Part shown: positions 50,261 through 62,899 of the stretch, piece by piece
Numbering within the stretch: the first letter of the stretch is position 1
Layout of the letters: each line of letters opens with the position of its first letter
From: Saccostrea echinata
Taxonomy: Eukaryota
Direction: 5' to 3'
Assembly: GCF_033153115.1 (NCBI RefSeq)
Contig: NW_026889772.1
Span: 5,704,001-5,768,000 of the forward strand
Length of the DNA: 64,000 nt
The notes under the pieces: generated by a model
Seen by the model: the letters and a program-made list of their open reading frames with translations, nothing else
What the model was told of the DNA's origin: nothing
Databases searched by the model: none
Position numbers and translations under genes: made by a program

Positions 50261-52644
50261 CAGCAAAGATTTGTGTAACAAAAGGTTCCGAAGTATTTCC
50301 CATATGTTTCTCTTTGCAATAATAAGGAATTATTTACTTTTCAACCCCGGTTGTTAGCAGATTGAAAAAATTCAGAAATTTGAATGTTAGTTTAGCAAGG
50401 GTGAGCTCCATCAGACCGCAGAGACTTTTGTTTCAAAACAATTTTTTTTTAAAAGCTTCAGAAACAAGGCTGATAAACGAGACGTCTTCCGCTAATGAAA
50501 ATACAAGCACGGTTAATAAGATAATATACTGTTGTTGCATGGTTCTACTCTTCCACATAATGGTTTAATTAACGTTGATGCCTGCGTGGGGCTTTTTAAA
50601 ATGGAAATTGTATACTGATTGATCATTGTATCAATCAATGTATTATTGTTACAGGCTCTAGCTGTCCTACCTGAACAAAATCATTTAATCAAGAAACAAA
50701 GAACCATGCAGCAAACGGGTTGTTACATGTACAAAGATGCCTTGAGCGTCAAGTCGTGTAACAACCCTTACCTTGTAATTTGCCCTGAGTCTGCTTTTGA
50801 TGAGGATAAGCCTGAGCTTATTTTAAACGCGAAAATTTCCTTTTCGTGTATATTTGTATTGTAAGAAATACTGTACATGTACAACAATAATCAAAATTCA
50901 TGAAAATTTGGTTTCATATAAAAAAAATACCAAATATTTATTCACGCCAAAATAAGTTTTGTGATTTACAGTTAATTGATTCAAAATATTATATGTAATT
51001 CATAGTTAATTGACCCTGTAATCACTTTAGAGACTTCTAGAGTAATCAGCATTCTTGTATAAAAACTTCGAATCCAAATTAAATAGCTAACTGTCATTTC
51101 AAGTGAATAAAGGAGAATGATAATACACTTGTGGGGAAAGTAAATTAAAAAGAACTTGTATAAACACATCAACCTAAATTGATAATCTCAGATGACTTTC
51201 CAGAAGAAAACGACTGAACAGTTTACTGTACATTTTATGAACATCTACTGACGTCAAGACTATGCAAAACCAATAAGACCTTAATGCTTGATTGAAGTAT
51301 GTTATCATGTGAATTGGATAATACAAGATCGCAATAATCTCCTCTGTCCAATGTACAAATTAATTTCGTTACCTACTTGACCTAATAAATTTTTATAATC
51401 AAATGCACTATGTAATGAACATATATACGTTGCGCATGGTGTGGGTACACATTGACGTTACGTCAAAATAACGTTATTAAAGTCATAACGTTGTTACAAC
51501 GTTCTAAACATTATAATTGCATATCTTAGTTGTTTAATGTGAATTTATTTTATCGGTTTTTAACGTATGCCTAGAAATTATTTGTGTATTTTTTTTCTGG
51601 GATATACATTTGAGCTTGAATACTGTTCGTTATCTCCATATATTTCATGTATATACACGTGAGGACATTTGATGAAATGTGGTCAAGCTCAAAATCCAAT
51701 TTTAAAAAAAAGTTGAGAACAGGGCAATCGCGTACCCCTGGAAACACTAATGGTGGGATCAGGTCTCATAGGGGGAGTAAGCATCCCGTGGAACAATTAT
51801 TCTCTACTATGAACTGATTTGCTTAACCAATTTTTATATGTACTGTGGCATTCTGCAAATAAATAAGAAAAAATAGGTATTCCTGAGAATATCAACAGTA
51901 TTTCACAAGAGGGTCTGCTAAAAAGGATACATTTAATTAAAAAAGAAATAAGCAAAAATATTTCTGCAAACTCATTTAAGATGTATTTTAGGAGCAATCA
52001 ATATCTTCTAAATACTGTGTAATTATCAATTCTGTATGTTGATTTTGAAGTTTATTTGTGTTCAAAAGAATAAAAAACATAATGTTTAAAAGCTCTGTGA
52101 AGCCTTGTCCTATCTTTTTAACTTTTAAGCAGCTTGGTTTATGCGGATTACGTGATTTGTTTCTGCAATAGTTGGAATCATTAATCTCTTTTTTTTAAAT
52201 GCTTTGATCCAGAGATGACTTTTTGACTTAGAGTTAATCAATTTATTTACGGCAATCGTTTTTCATAAGAGTTTCAGTGGGTATAAATATTGGTTTATAA
52301 TAAACATATTTACTAGTAAATAGAAAGTATTCAAGCTCATACTTTGCAGATTTTATTTCATTATCAATGTATATTATTTATTTTTAAGAAAAAAAAAGGA
52401 AAGGAGAAAATTATATTTTTTAAATAAAATCAAAGTACTTCCGCAAATGCTATCTAAATTTAAAGGGGGTATAGGAACAAAAGATATACATGTAAATACC
52501 ATTTGTTAGCAGATGAGAACAAGTGAAAAGATGAAGTGAAACATAACGCAAAGGGCTTGAAATACCAAGGGCAAGGGAGATAATGAATACATTCAGATAA
52601 CACAAACATTACACTGATGATGCTACAAGCGACACTTCTGCATG

Positions 52645-54093
52645 TTACAGTGAGGTGCAATAACGAATCATATTTAAGAAATCAAAGACTACAATTATCC
52701 CTACAACCAACAGCAATCCACCGAGTCCTAGGTATCCGACATCTTTAGCAGATGGTCGCGGATTTTCAGCACAGGACAATTTTCGCTTTGTCGATGACAA
52801 TTCTGTCTTGTTCAGATATAATTTAGATAGACGTTCTTTTAGAATTTCCTCAATGCTGGCATTACTCTCTCTACAAATACATGTACACAGCGATTCTCTT
52901 GTTTCTGTGGTCGTTGGTGCAATTACAGAAGTAGGAGCTAAAAAGAAGCATCTCATTTAGAATCGTTTTCCTTCGTCGATATCACTGATTCTAAACTATT
53001 TGAGCATTATATTTTTAACTGAAGAGTATTATTTATAGAAATTACCTTCCTGTGTAGGTACTTCCGGTTGTAATGGGCAACTTTTCCATCCAGATAGACA
53101 ATATGAACAACTATCTGTGTAGGTCTTGTACCACCAAAAAGAGTAGGATTTCACGTCATAAAGCTTACAACGAGATGTTAGGTTTTTGTACGTAAACACT
53201 GTACACTTGTCATCATCTTTACACCGGCTTAGACAGTAAGAGAAGAAAACAGGCTCCATTGTATCGTAAAGACGGTAATCACTCCAGGAAAGCTCGGTTC
53301 TACTGTAGTTAAAGGTACAGTTTCCGTTGGAGTCTAATTTTAGTACAAATAGTAAATTTAATTTAAGATTGATTTGATAGGTAAAAATATTACTCTTTGA
53401 ATTTTATGTTAGGAATCAGTCAAATAAACCAAATTTATTTTGCAGAGCAAATAATACGACGGTATTCTACATCCTCGGCAAGCATGTGTCAGAGAAGACA
53501 ATGACAAACGTGAAATCTGAGAATGATAAATAGAGAGAAACTTCTTTAGGAAAGAATAATTATACATTTTATTTAATACGATTTCCATGCTTCATAAATA
53601 AAGAGTAGTTCTTACCGCCGAGATCCGTTTGAATAAACACAACTATCATAAATATTGCAAAGTCTATGACCTGAAAATATATAGATACATATTATTTCAT
53701 GACTATCAGGTAAACTCGAATATAAAAAAGTAAATAAGATAATACAATCTACCTTCAATAATTCTTTCCTCATTTTTTCATAATACGTGTTCCTGATGGT
53801 GTGTTTATATAGATATTCGTGATTTTGATAGTCACTAAGTGATAATCGTGGCATTGAACGCTGTGTTTACTTTTACATCTTCAGTGCTTTGTTTTTTTTG
53901 TATTGACAAATTCAAAATAAAGTACGAATAGCTTTCACGGCAAAATAAAATGAAGGCGTAAAAGTAAACACAAATGTTGAAAAGATCGATTGTGTATCCT
54001 TTAAAAAAATTACATCTGGCAGTTTTAAAACAATATTTTCAAATCAAGTGCACTTACCTCTGTTTTGAACTGTAATCGACTTTATTTTAACAT
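52645..54093 (-). CDS. PAN/apple-domain type I membrane protein with mollusc-type juxtamembrane CxC..LSS..RKL.SA...RPSA motif (4 exons); nonsense codon in exon 1
   Basis: Exons: 54093-54058 (MLK*SRLQFKTE|GTAAGT); 53670-53616 (VIDFAIFMIVVFIQTDLG|GTAAGA); 53333-53046 (C..YCLSRCKDDDKCTVFTYKNLTSRCKLY, PAN pattern); 52937-52645 (Thr-rich stalk, CTCIC, helical segment, TM GYLGLGGLLLVVGIIVVFD). Phases are compatible. Confidence 0.78.
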
Positions 54094-54194
54094 TTTAGTG
54101 AATTTTGGCAGCAAAAGAAAAATTTATGACAATAGGCGAAAAAACTTTGCTGAATGGAACAAGCATTAGTAATTATTTGTACTTAAAAGGTGAT

Positions 54195-55770
54195 CGATCT
54201 AAAAAAAAAAAAAAATACAATTCATATAAATCTGTGAACAGGGTATAAAATACGGACCTATGAAAATTCCAGACATGATCAGGTACCTAGAAGGAGTAAG
54301 CATCCCCTGTCGATCGGTAATACCCAAAATGAGCCCTCTGTATTGATCATGTAGATGGAAAATTCCGTAGTCAAAATTAGTATAAAAACAAAGGCCTAAA
54401 AAAATATGAAATATGTCAAAATACGACTCAATGATAGGTTATATTTGCGAAATGAGTCATTATGTTGACCACAGTTTTTACGAAAGGCTGACTTTAAACG
54501 AGGTTGTTGAAATCCCTGCATGTAACATCAATTTATCTGTCAGTAGCCTGTCTCGGTTTAAAAGTGATCGTACTCAGAGCATGCTCTTGAGTATCGAATA
54601 AGTTGGGAAACATATATGAAAAGCATATGCATGTGAAACATAACTACATAAATAACAAACTGAAAGCCGATGATGAAAAAGCTGAAGTCATCTCGTTTAT
54701 CATACAATTTTGCTGGCCTTTATCGTCTATAGTCAGAAAAACATCCAACTAGGAAACTGATGTCTTTTATTTATCTAGTTCATTGGGATATATCGAGTCG
54801 ATATATGAATGAAAGTAAATATTGTTAATTGATAAAAAGTCGTAGATATATTTGAATGACGAGTTGAAGGCCACAATAAGTGTTTTCTATTTTTAATGAA
54901 CAGGTTTTTGAAAAAAAAAATTCAGATTCATAAAAAAATATGAAAGCAAGTTGCCTAATAAAGAAGCACAATTAGTGCCAATCGAAATTCCAACAGTTTC
55001 GTTATAATGACCTTACAAATTGAAGTTTTTGAATAAATTCTGCTTCATAAAAATTTGAAACAGGTCGATTTATAAAGGTTCACATTAAGTGCATATCGGA
55101 TTTCCAACAGTTTGTTGGAAGACCTTGTCTCTAAAGACTACAAAGATGTTGTCAATGAGGAACTCCAGCACCCTTTTAATATCAACGTCAGATTACCTAT
55201 GTGCAGAATTAATAGTGATTTTCAACAAGGCAATTTTGTTGATGACCGATCAAGATGCGAAAATTTCCGAGTTCCATTATTATTGAAGGAGCATGCAGTT
55301 TTCTATGATATCAAAAAGCTTAGTATTTTTTTATCGAGAGGAATGGTTGTATAAAGCGTTGAAAAATCATGCGTTTTTATGTTACTAACTTTTGAACATT
55401 ATGTGCTTTTAATTTTTTAAAGCGTTCTAAGGAGTTTTTGAGAATCCACATCTGATTTACACTACTTCTAGAATAAGCTGAAGCAGAATATGTTTGAAGT
55501 ATCGCCTTTACATCAACAATACTTTTTGTGAGGAGTTAAAACAGGGTCATGGTTGAGACTTGCTGGACCCGGCATTGTATCTTTGTTTTTAAGGATTTTT
55601 ATGAAGTTTAGGAATCCAGAAAATGTAGGGTAGATCGAACTCACCTTTGTTGACTGGAATGTTAAAAGTATTAATTAAAGACTCAAAATGTGATTTTGAA
55701 GAATTTCATATTTAGAAAGTGATCTGTGACTTCAAGTAGGATTGAATCATAACCAAGTTCTTTTAAAATA
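54195..55770 (-). mobile_element. Longest Naiad-type PLE remnant in the window
   Basis: Minus-strand FDLPYIFWIPKLHKNP*KQRYNAGSSK (RT motifs 1-2) and LEFLIDNIFVVFRDKVFQQTVG, through the thumb and 3' motif. Confidence 0.85.
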
Positions 55771-56489
55771 CTAGCAAGCGATGTATGTCACATTTATATA
55801 AAAATATCTAGTTCTAAGATGTATGTTTATTCAAATATATAACAGAATTTGTATTCTAAAATTCCATTGATTTAATACTTACATATACATTAGAACTGGT
55901 CTAAATAATCAATTTTAGAATTTGCATAAGATTTTATTTTTTTTTTTTATTATTTTCTTTTTATTAGTACTATTCTTTAGCCTAAAATAATTCTAAGAAA
56001 AAATAATTAAATAATACTTAATGGATCGATGATTTGAGTATTTTTTATAGAAAGCTTAAAATTCAGTTCCTTTACAAATAATAATTAGAAACGGCACCTC
56101 GTCTACATTTACATAATATTACACTTCAAGATCCCATTGTAAGTCACTGAAAAATCACTTCAAAATTTCAGACACGATAGTATGACGTGGCAACTCTCTT
56201 TTTCCAACCAAAATGTTTTACAGTTTATTTAGAATGTAAATGTTCATGAACAGGCCGTTGACCCCCGCCCCCCCCTTTTTTTTGCAGCATGATCATATCC
56301 TCACATCGAAATTTATCAAAATATTTGGAACCAATCCTTACAACCTCCCCTTTGTTAAAGAATTTTTATGTTTGGACAATTCTATCGTGTCTTTTGTTCT
56401 TTTTTATTTACCAAAGATTACGTTGGAAAGGCTGAAGTCATTTTTTTAACCTCCTTACCTTGCTACGTGCTCGTGCCTCCATTTGTAAT

Positions 56490-57000
56490 GAAAAAAGTGA
56501 AGATAACAAACAGTAATCGATCTCAAAAAATCTGCAAGTAATAAAAATCTGTGAAGAGGGACAGAAACACGGACCCCCGGAAATTCCAGACGTGGGATCA
56601 GGTGCCTAGGAGGAGTAAGCATCCCCTGTTGACCAGTCACACGCGTTGTGAGCACTATGTATTGATCAGGTAGTAGTCGAATTTATTTGAAAAAAAAAAG
56701 CGTAACAATTGGTTTGAAACACGTCAGTCAAAATATGACTCAATGACAGGTTATATTTGTAAACAAGGTCATTATAACGACCAGAGAATTTGCGAAATGC
56801 CGACTTTAAATGAGAAGTTTGAAATTCCTGCAACATCAACTTAACTGTCAGGAGTCTGCCTCGGTTTAAAAAGTTATTGTTCTCAGAGCACGCTCTGTAT
56901 CGAATGAGTTGGGAGATGTAAACACCATATGCAGGTGATAACGGAATACTGCTTCATAAATATGGAAGGTTGACGGTGGAAAGGCTGAAGTCATTTTGTT
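56490..57000 (-). mobile_element. Naiad-type PLE 3' fragment
   Basis: Thumb remnant and 3' motif at 56556-56660. Confidence 0.8.
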
Positions 57001-57380
57001 TGTGTAATTTTGTTACTTTCTTTCATCAATTGCTTGATGTTTGACATTTTATCATTAGTGATAAAAGATGTAAACTTTTTGCAACAACGAAACCAGAACA
57101 ATATTAAAATCAAAAAGTAAAAGTTCAAAATTAGTAATATTTGTATTAGAGAGAGAGAGAGAGATTTTAACACCATCGTAGTATAACAAAACTTTGCCTA
57201 TATGGTATTGTTCAATAGTTTCCTTTGAAAAGATCTCCGAAACAATGTTGGTAAATTACACGTATGTGTGATCAGTACTTGATAAAATAGATTCCATAGA
57301 TAGTGTATGCGTGTGTGTGTGTTTGTGGGGGAGGGGGGTGTTTAACCTTAATGCACCTTGGTCTTGTCCTCCACACAACT

Positions 57381-57621
57381 TCAGGGGTCCTGAGTCAACA
57401 CGTTGCCGTTGGGTCCCTGACAAATTTTATTTGACATTCTATGAGCTTGCTTCTTTTATTGAGAAACATCAATCAGATCGGGGCTTTGATCCGTTAATAT
57501 AAAACAAAAGCAGAAAGTGAGATTTGCATTTTCCCCGAAAGACGTCGCTGAAGTCAGCCCGTAGAATATCGAATGAAATTTGTCAGGGGTCCTAAGGCAA
57601 CGTGTTGACTCTGACCCCTGA
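57381..57621. mobile_element. Foldback-type MITE
   Basis: Imperfect TIRs of ~70 bp: TCAGGGGTCCTGAGTCAACACGTTGCC...CCCTGACAAATTT and the reverse complement ending GACCCCTGA. Confidence 0.75.
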
Positions 57622-57989
57622 CATTGTCTTGTAAAAATATCATTGGTCAGACAAATATTGTCATATTGTATTTTTTTTAATTTACTGGGAGGAAGTAAAT
57701 ACAAAATCATGACAAGTTGTCATCCTGTAATTTTGTGTTTACTGCCACCCGGTTCAATTCAAAAAATACAAAATGATAGAGAAAGATAAGTCGTTATAAA
57801 AAAGAAAGGATCAGTGTCAGTACGATGGAAATGTTATAAAATCACTGCATGTTATACACAGTTCTTCAGTAGCTTCCCATTCAAATCACCTAGAAATGAT
57901 TCAATTATTTCTAAAAATAACAAAAAAAAAAATCTGTTTTAATGTTAATAGTGTTGGTATACTGAAATATCTCAGAAATCACATGGAGA

Positions 57990-59033
57990 TCAGAAATAGC
58001 AGCAGCAAATTTTGCTCCAGAAAGTTTTCATTGGAGGCGTGATTAGGAATAGAAGCAATGGCTTGATGCTAAAATTGATGATCCATGGTAAAGGATTGAT
58101 CCGGAATATTCTAAATTCGGAGGATGTCGTGAGTTGTTTCAACCAGTCGGGTAAGTCAGTACCCCAGATAAGATGTACAGAAATAAGTACAACTTCCTGA
58201 AAGCATGCCAAATTGATTATGGTCAACATAATGGTAATAATGACCACCAGACTTTTCTTGACATAGTAGAAATTATTTCTGATTTTTAGGCGCATAAAGT
58301 GGAGAATAAACCCTGGAATAAACGGAAGTGACGTCAGGACGAGTCTTAGATATAAATGCGCGGTGGAGAACTTCATGACAAGTTGTTGGTACTCTCCTGT
58401 CCGAGTGTAGTTGGTCGAATTGATATCTATGAACAAAGGTGTCACAAAGGCTACACCAAGAGTTAATCCTATGGTAAAAAACATCACGTTGGAAGTGATA
58501 ATTTTACACTTTATGCTCTTTGAGTTCGACTCCTTTTGAAGATGATAGCGAACCACTGTGAGTAGTGTGGCATTGAGACATGACCACGTGGTTGTACATA
58601 TAATAAACACAAAATTAACAGCCAATACGATATCGAATACAACAATGACTTCTGTTATGTATCCAGTGACGAAGAAGGAAACCAAGGCGACAGAATCCGA
58701 AACAATTACACAAGCTAGAGCGACGAAGATATCCGAATGGAGCCTCTTGTCGGATACTATCTTTACAAATGCAATCAGATTTCCTATCATTCCAGCACAT
58801 GCAATGATCACAGCTGCCAAAGCAAAGGCGTAAGTAGAGCCTCCGAAACAAGACCAGAGTTGTGTTTGATAAAATCCAAGACATCCATTGCGGAATTCCC
58901 GGACGAAATAGTCGTCAATTACACTCTTGCCACCAATAGGAAGTTCAATAGTTCCATTTGAAATACGGACAGTCGTGTTCGTATTGCTCGTTGATGTAGT
59001 GGATTCATATGTTGTTGTGAAGTTATCCATCAT
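57990..59033 (-). CDS. Intronless divergent class A (rhodopsin-like) orphan GPCR, ~347 aa
   Basis: Seven hydrophobic segments and an N-glycosylated Thr-rich N-terminus. Motifs: TM1 GN, TM2 LA...SD, TM3 VRY (DRY variant), TM7 NFSIKP (NPxxY variant) and a C-terminal CCC. The first ATG is at 59033; the track's 59051 start is TTG. Confidence 0.88.
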   Translation of the reverse strand: MMDNFTTTYESTTSTSNTNTTVRISNGTIELPIGGKSVIDDYFVREFRNGCLGFYQTQLWSCFGGSTYAFALAAVIIACAGMIGNLIAFVKIVSDKRLHSDIFVALACVIVSDSVALVSFFVTGYITEVIVVFDIVLAVNFVFIICTTTWSCLNATLLTVVRYHLQKESNSKSIKCKIITSNVMFFTIGLTLGVAFVTPLFIDINSTNYTRTGEYQQLVMKFSTAHLYLRLVLTSLPFIPGFILHFMRLKIRNNFYYVKKSLVVIITIMLTIINLACFQEVVLISVHLIWGTDLPDWLKQLTTSSEFRIFRINPLPWIINFSIKPLLLFLITPPMKTFWSKICCCYF

Positions 59034-59819
59034 GCTCTTCTTTGTTGACAAAATGTAGCTATATATTAGGAAAGACCTTTACTTTTGCGAAATTCCAACA
59101 AAATGTTAAAAGTGTCTTAATCTCTCTTCTTCTCTTTCACAAGACGACATCTTTGAGTTACAAGCAAAATGTTGGGGATTTGATTTGACATCCGTTTTTA
59201 AACTAACATTGTAATGTTTACTGCATGAATCACTATATTCAAGGAAATCCGTTCGCTCGATTGTCATCTGCCCTCGCAGTAGTTCAGTGTTGTCTAGATG
59301 GGATTACGGCTTCGTGCGTGGTATCAACTGCATCATTTCCTCCCTTTATATCGACTGACTTCAATGCACTTCTTATATATAATTATTTCTCAAAGGTCAC
59401 TAAGTGATAACAATTTTTTCTCGTGCAATAATTTCGTTTATTTTTGCTATACAATGGTGAGAAAGGAATGAGATTTTGCTTGCAGTTTAGTTCAGACTGT
59501 CAGCTAATGCATCGCAATTCTCACTGTTTGGACGAAGATTTATTTGGCCTGTAAAAAATTTTCCAGGATGTTTGGGGTGTTACGGATGAGGCAAATTCTA
59601 ATAAGTTGACAGCTACTGACTTAGTTTCTTCCATCATTTTTCGAATCTAAGGGGAGTGGGGGTTCCAATTAAGGCAAAAAATTAAATGAAATGAAAAGTT
59701 AAGGAGAAAGACCCCCCCCCCCCCAATATATATATCTACTTTTCATAGTATGTATATATATATGTGGAAAAGTATATATACATACTATGAAAAGTAGATA
59801 TAACGAATAGGTAAATGCA

Positions 59820-60900
59820 AAATATATACACATAGAAAACCCTGAAGTGTCTGACTGATATACATGAAGAAAACTCTTCGATGTCTGACACTTGATAAAT
59901 CTGAAGAAGACCCTGGGATGTTCGACTCTGATATACATATAGTAAAACCTTGGGGTGTGGGACACTAATATACATATAGTAAAACCTTGGGGTGTGGGAC
60001 ACTAATATACATGTAGAAAACCATAGGGTGTAGGACACTTAGTCTAATATACATGTAGAAAACCCTGGAATGTGGGGCACTAATATACACATAGAAAACC
60101 CTGGGGTGTAGGACACTAATATATATGTAGAAAACCCTGGGGTGTGGGGCACTAATACATATGTAGAAAACCGTAGGGTTTGGGACACTTAGTCTAATAT
60201 ACATGTAGAAAAACCTGGAATGTGGGACACTAATATACAAGTAGAAAACCCTGATTGTGGGACACTAATATACACATAGAAAACCCTGGGGTGTAGGACA
60301 CTAATATACATGTAAAAAAAATCCTGGGGTGTGGGACACTAATATACATGTAAACCCTGGGATGTGGGACACTAATATACACATAGAAAACCATAGGGTG
60401 TAGGACACAAATATACGTGTAAAAAATCCTGGGGTGTGGGACACTAATATACATGTAGAAAACCCTGGAGTGTGGGACACTACAATACACGATGAAAACC
60501 CTGGGGTGTGGGACATTAATATATATGTAGAAAATCCTGGGGTGGGGGTCACTAATATACACGTAGAAAACCCTGGGGTGTGGGACACTTATATAAAGGT
60601 AGTAAAATTTGAGTGCCCCACGCTGATAATTATAAATGTAGAAAACCATGGGGTGTGGGTCATTAATATACCTGTAGAAAACGCTTGGGTGTGGGTCACT
60701 AATATACGTTTAGAAAACCATAGGGTTTGCGACACTGATATACTTGTAAGAGATCCTGTGGGTGTCCGACACTGGTTACATGTATAAGACCCTGAAATGA
60801 CCGACATTGATATACTTGTAGGAGAACCCGAGATGACCGACACTGATAAACATGTTACTGTAGAAGACCCTGGCCGGGGTGCCCGTTACTGATAAACATG
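59820..60900 (+). repeat. 36-37-bp G-rich minisatellite (~28 units)
   Basis: Unit GAAAACCCTGGGGTGTGGGACACTAATATACATGTA, degenerating at both edges. Confidence 0.92.
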
Positions 60901-61402
60901 TACATGTATATGTAGAAGAATGTCCTACAATTTGTGCCCATCGGTATTCCAACAGATTGTAGATATAGACATGGGCCCTGTTTTACTATAGAACTTGTAG
61001 TAGTTAAATAAACGACTAAGGCAATAATCTAATTTGCTAATAACTCTGTTTTTTAAATTAATTTGGAAATCTTTTTGATCTTTTTACGGAGAATTTTGGA
61101 AGATATATTTATGAATACAATTTTAAAACAGAATTTATTAATTTTGCAAGATTTTACAAGCAAGCTAAATTTAAATTTTGTGCTCTTTTATTAGCCTACC
61201 TGTTGTTATATTTTATATTCATATGAAGCAGAATTTATTTAAAGAAATCGAAATGAGAAGAAAAAAAAATTATTACTGTGGCCTTCAACTCCACATTCAA
61301 ATATATCAGCGACATTTTATCAATGAATAATATTTGTTACTTCCATTCAAAATCTACTCATTATATACCAGTAAGCTCGAAATAATAGACACCACAAATC
61401 GA

Positions 61403-61443
61403 GTCTGACCATAGACCTGAAGCAAATAGGTCTATGGTCTGAC
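61403..61443. mobile_element. 27-bp TIR-only insertion with 7-bp TSD (probable P-superfamily excision footprint)
   Basis: GTCTGAC|CATAGACCTGAAGCAAATAGGTCTATG|GTCTGAC. The uninterrupted site GAGTCTGACACATC is seen in the PLE copy near 12154. Confidence 0.7.
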
Positions 61444-61568
61444 ACATCAGTTTTATATTTTGATGTTTTACTGACTATAGACGGTAATGGCCAACTAACT
61501 ATACTGTGTAACAAGATGTGATGACTTCTGAATCAGCTTTTCCATAGTCAACTTTCATTATTAATGTA

Positions 61569-62578
61569 CGCAGCACAGTTAAGGCTGCAGTAAGGAGGCG
61601 GGGCCTAATTTATACGGGAAATGCTTACTATGACATCACACAAAAATATAAGTTCTTCAAATTACCACAAAATGAAATGATTTGCTATTTTAAACTGTTG
61701 ATTAGCTTTAAACTACATCAATACTAACTAGTGCATGCATTATTGTCGTTGATTAAATCCCACACAGCAATATATAAACAATTCACTGATCGCAATGCAC
61801 TTGTCAATGTGACGTCATATTGTAAAATTTGACGCAGTTTGTATGCAGTGAGAGGCGGATCAAGTTATATTTATGAAAAATGTATTTTGTAATTAAATAG
61901 AATATAAATGGTAGATATATAAGAGGCCATTAACTTGGATGCGATGTCTATTTTATGATTTTATTCATATACTTCCCGTACATTCCCTAGACAAGCGATA
62001 CTGTCGTATATTTGTATGCAGATTCATTGAAGGGTAATAGAAGGGTCGTAATAAATCGATATATTGCAAGGGCATACCCTCAATGAATTAGGACAAGCTT
62101 TTACACATAAACTCAAGAGGTATGAAGATATTTGAAAAGTGCTGCGAACCTGTTGAAATCTTGCAAATGAATTAATTATATCTATATTTAATGTACTTGA
62201 CCAGCAAAATATTCAACATACGGTCTAACAAATGTAATTTTAGCAATTAGATAGTAGAATCTATATAGGTTCGCAGCACTTTTCACAAACTACAAAGAGT
62301 GTTGAAAATAATTATATGTTAAACTTAGATGTTTAACTTGGATATGCCCTTGCAATATTAGAATTTATAGATGACCTCAATACTTCAGGTATATTTGCTA
62401 AAATCACGTGACAAGTCTAAATAAGAAATCTAATTGTCCTCAGCAGGTAGTTTTCAACCACATTGCATTTGTCCGATAATAGTAAAGTCCTAAAAAGAAA
62501 CGCCCATCCTTGTAAAGAATTTGTTTTCTATCTAAAAAATTCGCCGATATTTCCATTTGGCACCTTAACTGTACTGCG
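61569..62578. mobile_element. ~1-kb TA-targeting MITE
   Basis: TA|CGCAGCACAGTTAAGG...CCTTAACTGTACTGCG|TA, inserted in the PLE ATGTAGTAAT site. Homologous to 38688-40647. Confidence 0.85.
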
Positions 62579-62899
62579 TAGTAATATACCACTATCAATT
62601 GCATATGGTATATATATTTATAATTATATGTGTGTCTCCAACTTATTCGATATCAAGAGCATGCTCTGAGTACGATCGATTTTTAAACTGAGGCAGGCTA
62701 CTGACAGATAAGTTGATGTTACAGGGATTTCAATAACCTCGTTTAACGTCAGCTTTTCGTAAATTCTTAAGTCGTTATAATGATCTTGTAAGCAAATACA
62801 GCCTAACACTGGGTCGTATTTTTACTGACATATTTCATACCTATTAAGCCTTTGTTTTTATACTAATTAATTTGTCTACGGATTATTCCGTCTACCTTT

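Noticed and set aside
58012-58961. Short ORFs overlapping the GPCR
   Set aside because: They are antisense or alternate-frame shadows of the real CDS.
59699-60843. Multiple ORFs with 12-aa repeats (YISVPHPRVFYM etc.)
   Set aside because: These are translation by-products of a 36-bp minisatellite, broken by frameshifts.
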